Assembly (NCBI GenBank): GCA_958009085.1
Contig: OY253689.1
Location: 248,001-312,000 of the forward strand
Origin: Protoeuglena noctilucae
Lineage: Eukaryota
Direction: 5' to 3'
DNA: 64,000 nt
Position 1 is the stretch's first letter, and the number at the start of each line of letters is the position of its first letter. The position numbers and the translations under genes are program-made. Of the stretch, positions 49,901-61,343 are shown piece by piece. Under the pieces are notes generated by a model. The model had not been told where the DNA came from. It made no database searches and was given only the letters and a program-made list of their open reading frames with translations.

Positions 49901-52900
49901 ATTATCACGATGAACGACGACCGGTGACGTTGCTCGCAGATCAGCCGCCTGGAAAGGCGCGATGCGTTGCGAGTGTTGGTGTACCACCTTACGGGGGGCA
50001 AGGCCGGGGGAACGGTCGAAGAGTACGCCGCTGAGCTGGTGAGGGGTCATAATCATGGAATATTGGGATGGAATATGGAATAGTACGAATATCACGATAA
50101 CATGTCATCAAGAGATGAGGTGTCATCGAGGGTAGTACTATGATGTGGCGGGCCGGGCTGGGCAATCTCCCGTCGCGATGCGCCAACGAAAGGATCGCGA
50201 TTCATTTTATCTGATCATGAATGGGGTTCGATGCCACTCACCCCTTCCCATCGCGATTCATCTATCTGAACATGAATGGGTTCGATTCCACTCACCTGTG
50301 CTCATCGCGATTCATCTATCTGAACATGAATGGGTTCGATTCCACTCACCTTTCCCCATCGCAGGCCACGATGCGCAGGAGCAGCGCCGTCGTCGGCAAG
50401 GCCATGGAACTGGTGAGGCCGCGGTGTTCGGTATTACTGTCTTCATAATAATGGCATTACCGGAGCGCGATGTTCGGTATTACTGTCTTTCTTGTAATGG
50501 CATTACCGGAGCGCGATGTTCGGTATATTACTGTCTTTCTTGTAACGGCATTACTGTAGCATTCTTGTCATTGTCGGCGTTGGAGTAGCTGCTCCTTTGG
50601 TGAGCATAGCAGATGGGAGGGACTTTCCATGTCCCCATGCACGCGCAGACAGGCAAACACGCGCGTCGTGCGCATCTCCCACTACTGCCATCTCACGCAT
50701 CCACGTCTTGTCTCGCATGCAAACACGCGCGTCGTGCACCTCTCCCACTACTGCCATCTCACGCATTCACGTCTTGTCTCGCATGCAAACACGCGCGTCG
50801 TGCACCTCTCCCACTACTGCCATTCACGTCTTGTCTCGCTTCCCCCATTGCAGGCTCGGGAGGCCGTGCGTGGCGGGGCGTCGTTGGCTGCGTTTGCTTC
50901 GTCGCTGTTTCACCGCCACGCCCCACAGCTGGTCAAAGCGATCGAGGCGAACGCCCGCGATCCCCAAGACCTCGTCACGAAGATGTTTCTGGCGAACTCG
51001 TGGATGGACTACCCCGACGAGGACGAGGGCGAGGAGGAGAGGGCCGACGCGGATAGCCAAGTGAGAGTGAATGGTGGTGGTGGGGGTGGTGGTGTTGTGA
51101 GAGAGAATGGTGGTGGTGGGGGTGTTGGTGATGTTGTGAGAGAGAATGGTGGTGGTGATGTTGTGAGAGTAAATGGTGGGGGTGATGTTGTGAGAGTGAA
51201 TGTTGGTGGTGGTGGTAGCGGGGGTGGTGGTGGGGGTGTTGATGTTATGAGAGAGAATGGTGGGGGTGATGTTATGAGAGTGAATGGTGGTAGTGGTGGA
51301 TGATGTTATGAGAGTGAAAAATGGTGTTGATGTTATGAGAGGGAATGGTGGTGGGGTTGGTGTTGTTGATGTTGTGATAGTCGTGAAAGTGATGGATGAT
51401 AGCATCGGCAACTGATTGACTGATCGACTCGCCGACGGACTGATTGACCGACGGGTCGACTGGTCGATGGATCGATCGATTTACTGATCAATTAATCGAA
51501 TGCAGGTCCGCGAGATCGTGGAGCAGTATGAAAAGATGTCCAGAGAGGAGAAGAGGGTGTGGGGAAGCGGGGTGAGGGGGGGGGGCTGACGACGATCGCG
51601 ATGCGCAGGCCAGGCATCAAATTTCATATTATATCTCGGGCATGAAACTTCATGTTATATCTCATATTATATGCTCCGTGTTTCGCACATCCTATGACGT
51701 GCGGTCGTCATCAGTTTCGACATTATTTCGTTATTTTTATCTGATTTTACCACATTATTTCGTTATTTTATGGATTTCATGTTGCGATGAAACGTAACGT
51801 CTTTGCAGCTCCGCTCTATCCACGACCGCGGCTCCCATCGCAGATTATGCCGCCACTGGCGCAAGAAGAGCTGGCGCGTCAGGTTGTGGGGGGTGTGCTG
51901 GCGCTGACGATGGCGGGGTTGCGGCTGGGGACGGGGCAGGCGAGTCCGCTGTTATCTTATGCATGTATGTGCATGTTCTGTATTCTTATATACTTATATG
52001 TATGTTCATGTATGGGGTGTGCTGGCGCTGACGATGGCGGGGTTGCTGCTGGGGACGGGGCAGGCGAGTCCGCTGTTATGCTGTGCATGTATGTCTATGT
52101 TATGGATACTTATATACTTATATATATGTTCGTATATGGGGTGTGCTGGCGGTGACCATGGCGGGGTTGCGGCTGGGGACGGGGCAGGCGAGTCCGCTGT
52201 TATGCTGTGCATGTATGTGTATGTCCTGGATACTTATATACTTATATATAGTGTGAGTATATATATACACTATACGATAGAAGCATACGATGCACACGGT
52301 GTCGAGCATCCCTCCTGCCTTTCGCAAACGTGCTGTGTCGCATGCACCGCAGATGCCGGACAAGATGTCCCTGGCGATGGTTCTTCTGGAAATCGAGGCG
52401 TTTGACGAATTCAAAAAAGAGAGGAGGCAGAAGGGCGGGGCGGAGAGCGTGAGTGGGGGGGGGGAGTACTACTTGGTAGGGGTGGTGGGTGCTTTTGGTT
52501 TGTTGTTGTTGTTGGTTGGTTTGGTTGGGAAGGGTAGGGTAGGGTATGGTAACTGTAAGAGGAGTGTGTGGGTTGGGGCGTGACAGCTGCCGTCACAGGC
52601 GGTCAGGGGTGGGTTGTTTCTTACGACATCGTGAATGGTTCGAATTCAAACACCAAACACTTGCCTTTCACGGACAGCAAACACTTGCCTTTCACGCAGG
52701 AAGCCGCGTTGCTGGAGGAATGGGGCCGCAAAGCGTCGACAGACTTGGTGAGTCGTAATCGTCACCAAGTCATAATCGTTACCAAGATACTCAGTATCTT
52801 GGTATCATCATGACGCGCAATATAAGAAACCTGCGGTATGTGGTATACCGTAGCATACCATCGACTGGTACTACGGGTAATGGTGATAATGCCGTATTAA

Positions 52901-55900
52901 AGAAACATGCGACGATTACCCACCAACCTTCCCGCCCCTCCCCCCCAGCTGAGTGGGGTGTCTCCCGCCCTCACCTACCTGTATGGCCCCTTCTATGTGT
53001 CTCACGTGCCCGGCTTTTCAAAGCTGGTGGATTTCGTGGCGACTACCGGGGGCCAATGGCAACCGATGTTGGGGGATGTGGGGGACGAGATATCCAACAC
53101 CTTGGCCCTTTTTCACTTCTATACCTGATTCATGCCGCCTTTCCTGGCGGCGGGCAAGAGGGAGGGGAAGGTGAGGGGGGGAGAGGGACGGGTGGCTGGC
53201 GGTGGGGGTGGTGAGGAGGGGTGAGGGTGGCGGTGTGGCAAGGTGGGAGGGGGAGCGGTGAGTGAGTGGTGGGCGGATTTAGTGGTGAGTGGTGAGTGGT
53301 TACGGTAGTCCCAATCTATCCTTACGGACACTTCCCATCGACTTTCAGTATGTGCGTGCGCCCCGATCGCGATGTGAAGTGCTGCCCCGTCGCAGGGCCA
53401 AGGCGGGGCGTCCGGGTCCGGAGGCGCAGCGCAAAGCACGAAGACGGGAGCCGGGGCAGTCCAGAGCACGAACGCGGGCGCAGCACAAAGCGCGTCGCAC
53501 GCCGCCCGCCCCGGGCAGGCGTGGTGGTCGGGCCAGGTGTTCGAGTCAGTCGGTGTTTCTGGCGAGAAGCACGTTCTGGCGGTGGAGGAGGTGCTGGGGA
53601 GGGAGGAGTTCGCGGGGCTCAGGGACTACGACCTCGACACGCTGCAGAGGCTGGCCCGGGAACACAAGTGGGCCAGTGAGTTGCAAATGGTATCATGTTG
53701 TTGTCATGTAATCGGTGTTACTGTCATGATGGTGGTTGTGATGGCTGACACGCTGCAGAGGCTCGCCCGGGAACACAAGTGCGGTGGTCAAGTGATGACA
53801 TCGACTGTTGATATTGATTATCGATACCGGCCAGTCATTCATCGCTGATGTGTCTTTCCCAACTCCCAACCCTCTCGTTTACCCAGTCCACGGCCTCGAT
53901 GCCGTACGCGACTTTCTGGCGAACAAGTTCGACGCCAGTAAACGGTCAGCGGACGTCAAAAAGGAGAAGAAAGCGGAGCGCAAGAGGAACAAGAAAGCGG
54001 GGGAGGCGGCGACGGGGGCTGGGGTTGTGCAAGAGCCGGCGGTGGTGGTGGGGCCGTCAGTGACGGAGCAGGCGAGTTCATTAATATGTAATCATAATGA
54101 TTATAGAAGTGGTTTCCATGATGTGGTTTGCACTGCGGCAGTGGGGGTGGGGGGGCACAGGAGCGGGCGGTGGTGGTGGGGCGGGCGGTGACGGAGCAGG
54201 CGAGCCGAGCATTGGGGATATGATAATGATGACAACAACAATGATAATTATGGTGATTACAATCAAAGATCGATTGCGGACGTGCTGGTTGGGACCCGGC
54301 GGTGACCGAGCATGCCAGTCGAGGATCGGTGACGATGGTAACTAGTAACTATCATTGCATTCACGACACAGCATAACTAGCATTGCATTATGACATAGCA
54401 TCGACCACGAGTGAGCACCCACACACAGCGCGCACTCCCAGCCCAGTTGGCCCACCATGCAAGCCCGCCGTGCCTGCTATTCACAGCAGTCACCAGCACC
54501 ACAGTCGCTAGTCAAAACGAAGTCAAAAAGAACGATCCAATAGCATTCGTAGACGCTAGTCAAAACGCAGTCAAAAGGAACGATCCAATAGCATTCGTAG
54601 TAACTAGCTAGTTGTCAATCACTGGTCGCTGCCGATGGTGTCTACAGGAGGCGGAGATCCGCGCCAAGCGAGACGAGGAGCGGCAGCGCATGGAGAGGGT
54701 CGAGGCCGCCAAGCAGGCGGTGGTGGAGCGATGCGGGATGAGCCCGAGCGCGACTACGGTGGGGGAGGGGGGGGCGGCGGAGGAGGCGGTGTGCAGGGTG
54801 GAGGGGGAGGGGAGGGCAAGTGAGTGTTGTGGATAAGGTACTGGGGATAGCGACGATAGCAATGGGTGTGGGTGAGGGTGAGGGTGGGGGAGGCGGTGTG
54901 CAGGGTGGAGGGGGACGGGAGGGCAAGTGAGTGTTGTGGATAAGGTACTGGGGATTGCAACGATAGCAACGGGTGAGGGTGAGGGTGGGGGAGGCGGTGT
55001 GCAGGGTGGAGGGGGAGGGGAGGGCAAGTGAGGTGGATTGTGACGATGAAAGGCCGCTATCTAATGACGAATCGTTCAACACAGCTATCGCATGTATGAT
55101 CGGCTGGCTTCTCGTCATCAACTCCCGCCCCCTCCCCACCCCACCCTCACCACCGCCACCCCCGCCACCCCTTAACCCCCAACCCCCTCCCCCCACAGTC
55201 CGCGCCTGCCATCCCCGGATCGTGCTTTCATGCTCTTTCGGGTGCAAGGGTATGACCTACCATTACCCCGACTGCTACCGCCAGCTCAAATCGGCCGTGC
55301 AGGCGCGGGGAGGGCAATGGGTGGGGTGGGACCCGGCCAAGAAAGGGGCGCAGGGGCCATCTGCGGGATTCGTGCTTTGCCCTACTGACGGCTGTCATGG
55401 GGTGCTGACGGAGGTGGTGCAGTACGGGGGGGCGGGGGACGGGGTCAACCCCAGCAAGACGGTGGTGGCGGGTGAGTGGGCGATGATCGTGGTCGTGATT
55501 CGTGATTATATGTTTAGAGTAATGGTTGTGAATGTAGGTATTGGAAGTGCGGGGGACGGGGTCAACCCCAGCAAGACGGTGGTGGCGGGTGAGCGGGCAC
55601 CCCACGGGGTGGGGGGATGGTAGTGAGTGTTACTGTTCCTTATCATCAACATCGCAGTTATAGGCGGTACACGTTCCCTTCAGTAATTTCGATGAAAGTG
55701 ATACTGCTATATAGCACCATTATTTATAGTTATTATTATGATTATTATGACACAGGTCATACTATCGACCAATACCGATACCGCTAAAATATAAGAAATA
55801 TAATTTTCATAATTACTATGATTATCATCATCATCATAATTCCGATGCTATCATCCACTGAAACCATCCGCGCGAACCGCTCTCCGCTCCCAGGCGTCGC

Positions 55901-58900
55901 GCCGGGCGCCCGCCCCCGGGTCGGTGAAGGTGAAGGTGGCAGCGCAGCCGCTGCGGGTGCGGCCCCGCAACGCCAGAAACGAGGATCGGGAGGGCGAGAG
56001 CGAGGGGGAGGAGGAGGAGGGGGTGGGGAATGCGGGGGTGCAGGGGCAGGGGCAGGGGGGGCCGCAGCCACCACAGTCGGGGGTGGGGGGTGGCAAGCGG
56101 AGAGTGCAGGTGAGAAAGGAAGGGGATAAGGGGTGAGGGAGTGGGTTGAGAGGTTGGGGATAAGGGGTGAGGGAGTGGGTTGAGAGGTTGGGGATAAGGG
56201 GTGAGGGAGTGGGTTGACAGGTTGGGGGTGGGTGGTGAGGGAGTGGGTTGAGAGGTTGGGAGTGGGTGGTGAATCCCCCCCCTCATCTCAGTCTCTGATG
56301 GAGTTTGCGGGGGATTCGCGTCGTTCGCAAATATCAATATGAATATAAATATAAATATAAATATACCCCCCTCATCTCAGTCTCTGATGGAATTTGCGAG
56401 GGGTTCGCATCGTTCGCAAATATAAATATTAATACAAATACAAATACAAAGATACCCCCCTCATCTCAGTCTCTGATGGAGTTTGCGGGCGGGTCGCGTT
56501 CGTACGGGGTGGAGAGGGACGAGGCGACGTTGGCGGAGGATTTGGAGTTGGCGAGGAAGGAGGGCCTGGACCTGAATGCGCATTTGGGATCGGAGATTTC
56601 CGCGATTGCGGACGAGAGGGACGGGGAGGGCTTTGCGGAGTTGGAGCGGGCAGTCACGGGGTGGGCGGTGAAGCAGGGGGGGGTGGCGCAGGTGAGGGAT
56701 GGTGGTGTTGTATTGTTCTATTGGTTGGTGAAATAGGGACAGTGATTAGTTGAGATGATGGGTGCGGAGTGGGAGGGGGCGTTGCACAGGTGAGGGTTGA
56801 GATGGGGTGGTTGGTGCAGATGTGTTTCAAATACGTTCATATCGTGGGATATAGATGTACAAATGGTAGGGTAAACGTGACTAGTTGCAGGTGGGGCGAG
56901 AGGTGGGTGGGGGGCGTCGGTGGCTGCGATGCGCACACGTTTCCAGCTGTGTCGTCTAGTAATATGTATCTATCATCTAGTCATGTATACCGATCGTCAC
57001 TTCTCATCTATCCGCCCCCCCCCCCCCCCCACGAACCGCAGAGCCTGTGGGGTGCCCTCTCCGCCTATGCCGCTGCGCAGGAGCGTGCTGTGGGAAGGCG
57101 CATGGCCGTGGGTGGTCAGTCGCGGATGCCGGGGGTGGGGATGGAGGAGGAGTTCCCGTCATTGGGGGGTGCGATGAGCAGAGAGGGGAGGGGGGACGAG
57201 GTGAGGGGGGGGTGGAGTTGTTGTGTGGGGTGGTGTGTGGGGTGTGTCGGGTGGGGTGGGGTGTGTGGGGTGGGGTGGGGTTAGAGGGGTGGTGGTGGTG
57301 GTGTGATGAGCAGAGAGGGGAGGGGGGACGAGGTGGGGGGGGATGGAGTTGTTGTTGTGTGGGGTGGTGGGGTGGGGGGTGGAGTGGGGTGGTGGGGTGG
57401 GGTGGTGGAGTGGGGTGGGGNNNNNNNNNNNNNNNNNNNNNNNNNNNNNNNNNNNNNNNNNNNNNNNNNNNNNNNNNNNNNNNNNNNNNNNNNNNNNNNN
57501 NNNNNNNNNNNNNNNNNNNNNNNNNNNNNNNNNNNNNNNNNNNNNNNNNNNNNNNNNNNNNNNNNNNNNNNNNNNNNNNNNNNNNNNNNNNNNNNNNNNN
57601 NNNNNNNNNNNNNNNNNNNNGGGGTGGGGTGGTGGAGTGGGGTGGTGGGGTGGGGTTAGAGGGGTGGTGGTGGTGGTGTGATGAGCAGAGAGGGGAGGGG
57701 GGACGAGGTGAGGGGGGGGTGGAGTTGTTGTTGTGTGGGGTGGTGTGTGGGGGGTGGGGTGGGGTGGGGTGGTGGAGTGGGGTGGTGGGGTGGGGTTAGA
57801 GGGGTGGTGGTGGTGGTGCGATGAGCAGAGAGGGGAGGGGGGACGAGGTGAGGGGGGGGTGGAGTTGTTGTTGTGTGGGGTGGTGTGTGGGGTGTGTCGG
57901 GTGGGGTGGGGTGGTGGAGTGGGGTGGTGGGGTGGGGTTAGAGGGGTGGTGGTGGTGGTGTGATGAGCAGAGAGGGGAGGGGGGGACGAGGTGAGGGGGG
58001 TGGGGTGGTTGTGTGGGGTGGGTGGAGGGGTGGGGTCGGGCGGCGAGGGACATAACGATGACATAACGATGTGTCCTTTGACTGAGTATAACTATCATGA
58101 TCATTATCTATCGATATCGTCTATCGATCGCTTTCTTACAATCGCAGAGGCGCGAGGCTGCGATGCGCACCCTTGCCCGGGTGTGGGGGGCGGCGGTGGG
58201 GGAGCTGGTGGGGGCGATGAGGGCGGACGAGCCCACGAGCGTGCTGGTGAGGGGCGGTGGAGTGTGAACGTGATATTATATGGTTGTAGTATTATTCATA
58301 GTAAATGTGTGGGTGGTGAGGAGGGAGCTGGTGGGGGCGATGAGGGCGGACGAGCCCACGAGCGTGCTGGTGAGAGTGGATGGCTGCCATGAATACGATG
58401 TTATAGATATGGACGAATATAATGTGATTAAGATGCGGGTGGTGGGTGGCGCTGTCACCGACTTGTGAGTGCCGAGACGGGCTAAACACCCATGAAGAAA
58501 CCACCCCCACTCCCACCCCCATTGCCAACCCCCCTCCCACCCCCACTCCCGCCCTCCCTGCTACCCCCATTGCCACCCCCACTGCCACCCTCCCTGCTAC
58601 CCCACTACCACCCTCCCTGCTACCCCCATTGCCACCCCCACTCCCACCCCCACTCCCACCCCCACTCCCACCCTCCCTGCTACCCCCACTGCCACCCCCA
58701 TTGCCACCCCCACTGCCACCCAGACCACCACCCCCACCCCCACCCCCCCCTGCCCCCTATACCGTCACCATCACTCTCCCCCACCCCCAGGAGCGCCAGC
58801 GTTTGGAGGCCCGGGCCCAAGTGGAGGCGTCCGCCGCCATGGCCCCCGCCGCCCAGCCCCAGCCACCGGACATCCCCGACTCCCTCGTCCCCGATCTGTC

Positions 58901-60659
58901 GTCCCTGATGCCACCCTTCGCTGCGGCGGGTGTTTCTGGCAGCTACCCCACCCACCTCGCGACCGCCACCGCCCTCCCGCCCCTCGCGCCGCGCCCCGCG
59001 GGCCACGCCACGGGCCCCGCATCGGCGCAGTCGGGCCCGTCCTCGCAACTGCACTCGCAGTCGCAGTCGCAGGCGCACTCGCAGTCGCAGGCGCAGTCGC
59101 CGGCCCGGCCGCCCCGGCCGCTGTCGCCGGGGCTGGGGGGTGCGAGGGGGGCGGCGGGTGGCGGTGGCAGTGCGGGTGGCGGTGGCTCGAGTGTCACGGA
59201 TGCGCTCCCGAAGATCGCGCAGATACTCAGCGCGGGGCAGCCGCAGCCGCAGCCGCAGCCGCAGTCGCAATCCCTGCCGGACTTCGCGCGTCTGCTTGCG
59301 ATGTCCTCGGCACAGTTGCAGCCAGGGCAGGCGGGGCGGGGGGGGGGTGGCGGGTGCGGGTGGGCCAAGCACAGGTGCGGAGGAGCTGGCGAGGCTGCTG
59401 CGGGGCGAGGGGCTGGGGCGGGAGGGCGACAGGGGTTCGAGTTCCGAGGCCGACGGGTTGCTGCGGTCCATCAAGGAGCTGGCAGCGCGCGTGGAGGCGA
59501 TACAGGCGCCTGGGTCGGCGGGGGTGGCCGGGCAGCCATCGCAGCCACTGTCGCTGTCCCAGCCGCAGTCGGGGCTGGGGCAGCCGGGCCAATCGCTGTC
59601 CCAGTCGGGGCTGGGGCAGCCGGGCCAATCGCTGCCGCAGCCGCAGTGGCCGGGCCAGCCCTCCCTGAGTCAGTGGCAGTCTCAGGCGCCCCTGAGTCAG
59701 TCGCAGGCCCCCGCGTCCGGCCTGCCCGCGGCCTATCCCACGACTGGCGCCCCCAACTGGCTGTTACCGAGCCCCACCACGCCCGCGTACGGGGCGAGCG
59801 CGAATGCGAGCGCGAGCGCTGGGTTCGGGGCGGGTGCGGGTGCGGGGTATGGTGCGCTGGAGGGGTTGCTTGGGGTCTTGGGAGGTGGCGGTGGTGGTGC
59901 GGGGGGGAGTGGGCCGGCGGGGGGTGTAAACGGGGCGATTCTGCAGCTCCTGCGTCACCAGGCGGCGAGCGCGGGGCTGATGGCGGGCGCTGGGACGGGG
60001 GCGGGGGTGGGTGGGGCAGGGGGCGGGGTGGGGTATCCGACGGCCTCAGCCGCACCCGCACCCACCTACGCACAAGCACCCGCACCTTACGCACAAGCAC
60101 CCGCACCAGTTTACGCACAAGCACCCGCACCCACCTACGCACAAGCACCTGCACCCGCGTTTGCGCAAGCGCCGGTGGCGGCAGCAGCGGTGGCAGGGCG
60201 CGTGCCGCACGGCTCCTCTCGGCTGACTACGGTGAGAGTCGATTCGATTGCTTATTCACATGGATGGACCGCACTTGCATGACAATCGCATCGCACGATG
60301 GCAACGCACTTGCATGACAATCGCATCGCACGATGGCAAGCCCTCTCAGCGGGCGGCTCAGATGTTTCTGACCCTCACCCGTGCCGCATCACCTGACCAC
60401 CTCACCCCACCTCCCACCTCCTCCCTCCCAGGACGAGCTGCTTACCCTGAACAAGAAGCTCTGCCCTTTGTGCGGCGCCGCCAAGAGCGCCTACGTGTTA
60501 AACACCTGCGGCCACAACGGCCCATGCGACGGATGCGTGCCGCAGCCGGTGGCGGCGAGCGGGGAGGGGCGGGGGCTGTACGCGGTGTGTCTGAGGACGA
60601 CCAAGGGGGGGGCGCTGTGCAACAGGGCGGTGGGGGACATGACGCGCATCCACAACTGA
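46998..60659 (+). CDS. Large multi-exon RING-finger protein (putative E3 ligase, TTC3/DZIP3-like Cys-rich segment); start uncertain
   Basis: More than 15 short coding exons separated by long repetitive introns; internal CSFGC...YHYPDCYRQLK...CPTDGCHGVL; final exon RING-HC-like CPLC...CGHNGPCDGC...C...C. Confidence 0.6.
50213..50360 (+). repeat. Intronic tandem repeat, about 55 bp x3
   Basis: Unit CATGAATGGGTTCGATTCCACTCACC...ATCGCGATTCATCTATCTGAA. Confidence 0.8.
50655..50840 (+). repeat. Intronic tandem repeat, about 65 bp x3
   Basis: Unit GCAAACACGCGCGTCGTGCACCTCTCCCACTACTGCCATCTCACGCATTCACGTCTTGTCTCGCAT. Confidence 0.85.
57174..58030 (+). repeat. G/T-rich tandem repeat (about 130-140 bp unit) starting with an exon end plus donor site, spanning the assembly gap
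   Basis: GATGAGCAGAGAGGGGAGGGGGGACGAGGTGAGGGG recurs near 57174, 57305, 57680, 57820 and 57962. Confidence 0.9.
57421..57620. other. Assembly gap (200 N)
   Basis: Run of N inside the tandem repeat. Confidence 1.
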
Positions 60660-60858
60660 GGGAGTGGTTGCAGTGGGGGGGGGGGGGTTGGCGGTGGAGA
60701 GACGGATGGGATGGGGTTTGTGGTGTGCATGGTATGCATGCTCGTGCTGTGGAAGGTTCTGCGTGTGTCTGCTTGCGTGTGCATGCGTTTGCGTGCGGCT
60801 GTTGGCGTGGCTGGCCGCCCCCGTTGAATGGCGCTTGCGCGTCACTGCACTGGCAACA

Positions 60859-61016
60859 CTAGCGGGAGATTCGGCGGGTACCGGGACCCGGGTTCCCGCA
60901 GGTACGCGAGAACTGACCCGGAACTGGGCGCGGAACTCGCCCGGTACTCGGTTTCCGGGGCCGCGGCCGGGTACCGGGGGGACTGTGTCGGTACCGCCCT
61001 GGAACTCCCTGTTAGC
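60859..61016. mobile_element. Candidate MITE / non-autonomous DNA transposon
   Basis: Imperfect terminal inverted repeats (left CTAGCGGGAGATTCGGCGGGTACCG; reverse complement of right end CTAACAGGGAGTTCCAGGGCGGTACCG) and about 10 internal GGWAC/GGTWCC motifs. No clear target-site duplication. Confidence 0.4.
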
Positions 61017-61343
61017 GGCCCCGCGCTCCAGCGGCGCCTTTCACCCAGCACGCGCGCTCGCTGGGGGGCTTGAAGAATGTAGAAGTCAGCGCGTGGAGCG
61101 GGGCGGTCGCAGGGCGGCTCGGGAGACGGGGAGAGTGATTGCGGGGGCGTGCGCGCTCCCGACCGCAACGCCGCCATCCGCAGCGACTGAGAGAGGTTCC
61201 TGAATATGAAGAGGTAGCACCGGTGGTCCCGGCGTCCTCGCGGCAGCGCCTTTCAGGCGACGCCACGGGTTTCCAGCGCTCTCGGAGGCACCGCGCTGGC
61301 GAGGGGCGCGAGGGGACCGATTCGGTACATCGCACTGCGAGTC

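Noticed and set aside
50270..50345. GGTTCGATTCC (tRNA T-loop / B-box-like) inside the intronic repeat
   Set aside because: No A-box, cloverleaf or acceptor stem around it; it is part of a tandem repeat unit.
47600..58400. CRISPR-like appearance of repeats separated by variable sequence
   Set aside because: Eukaryotic intronic context, the repeats are copies of adjacent exon junctions, spacing is irregular and there are no cas genes.
60051..60172. GCACCCGCACC...TACGCACAA tandem repeat
   Set aside because: Ordinary coding low-complexity repeat (APAPxYAQ x4) in the RING gene.
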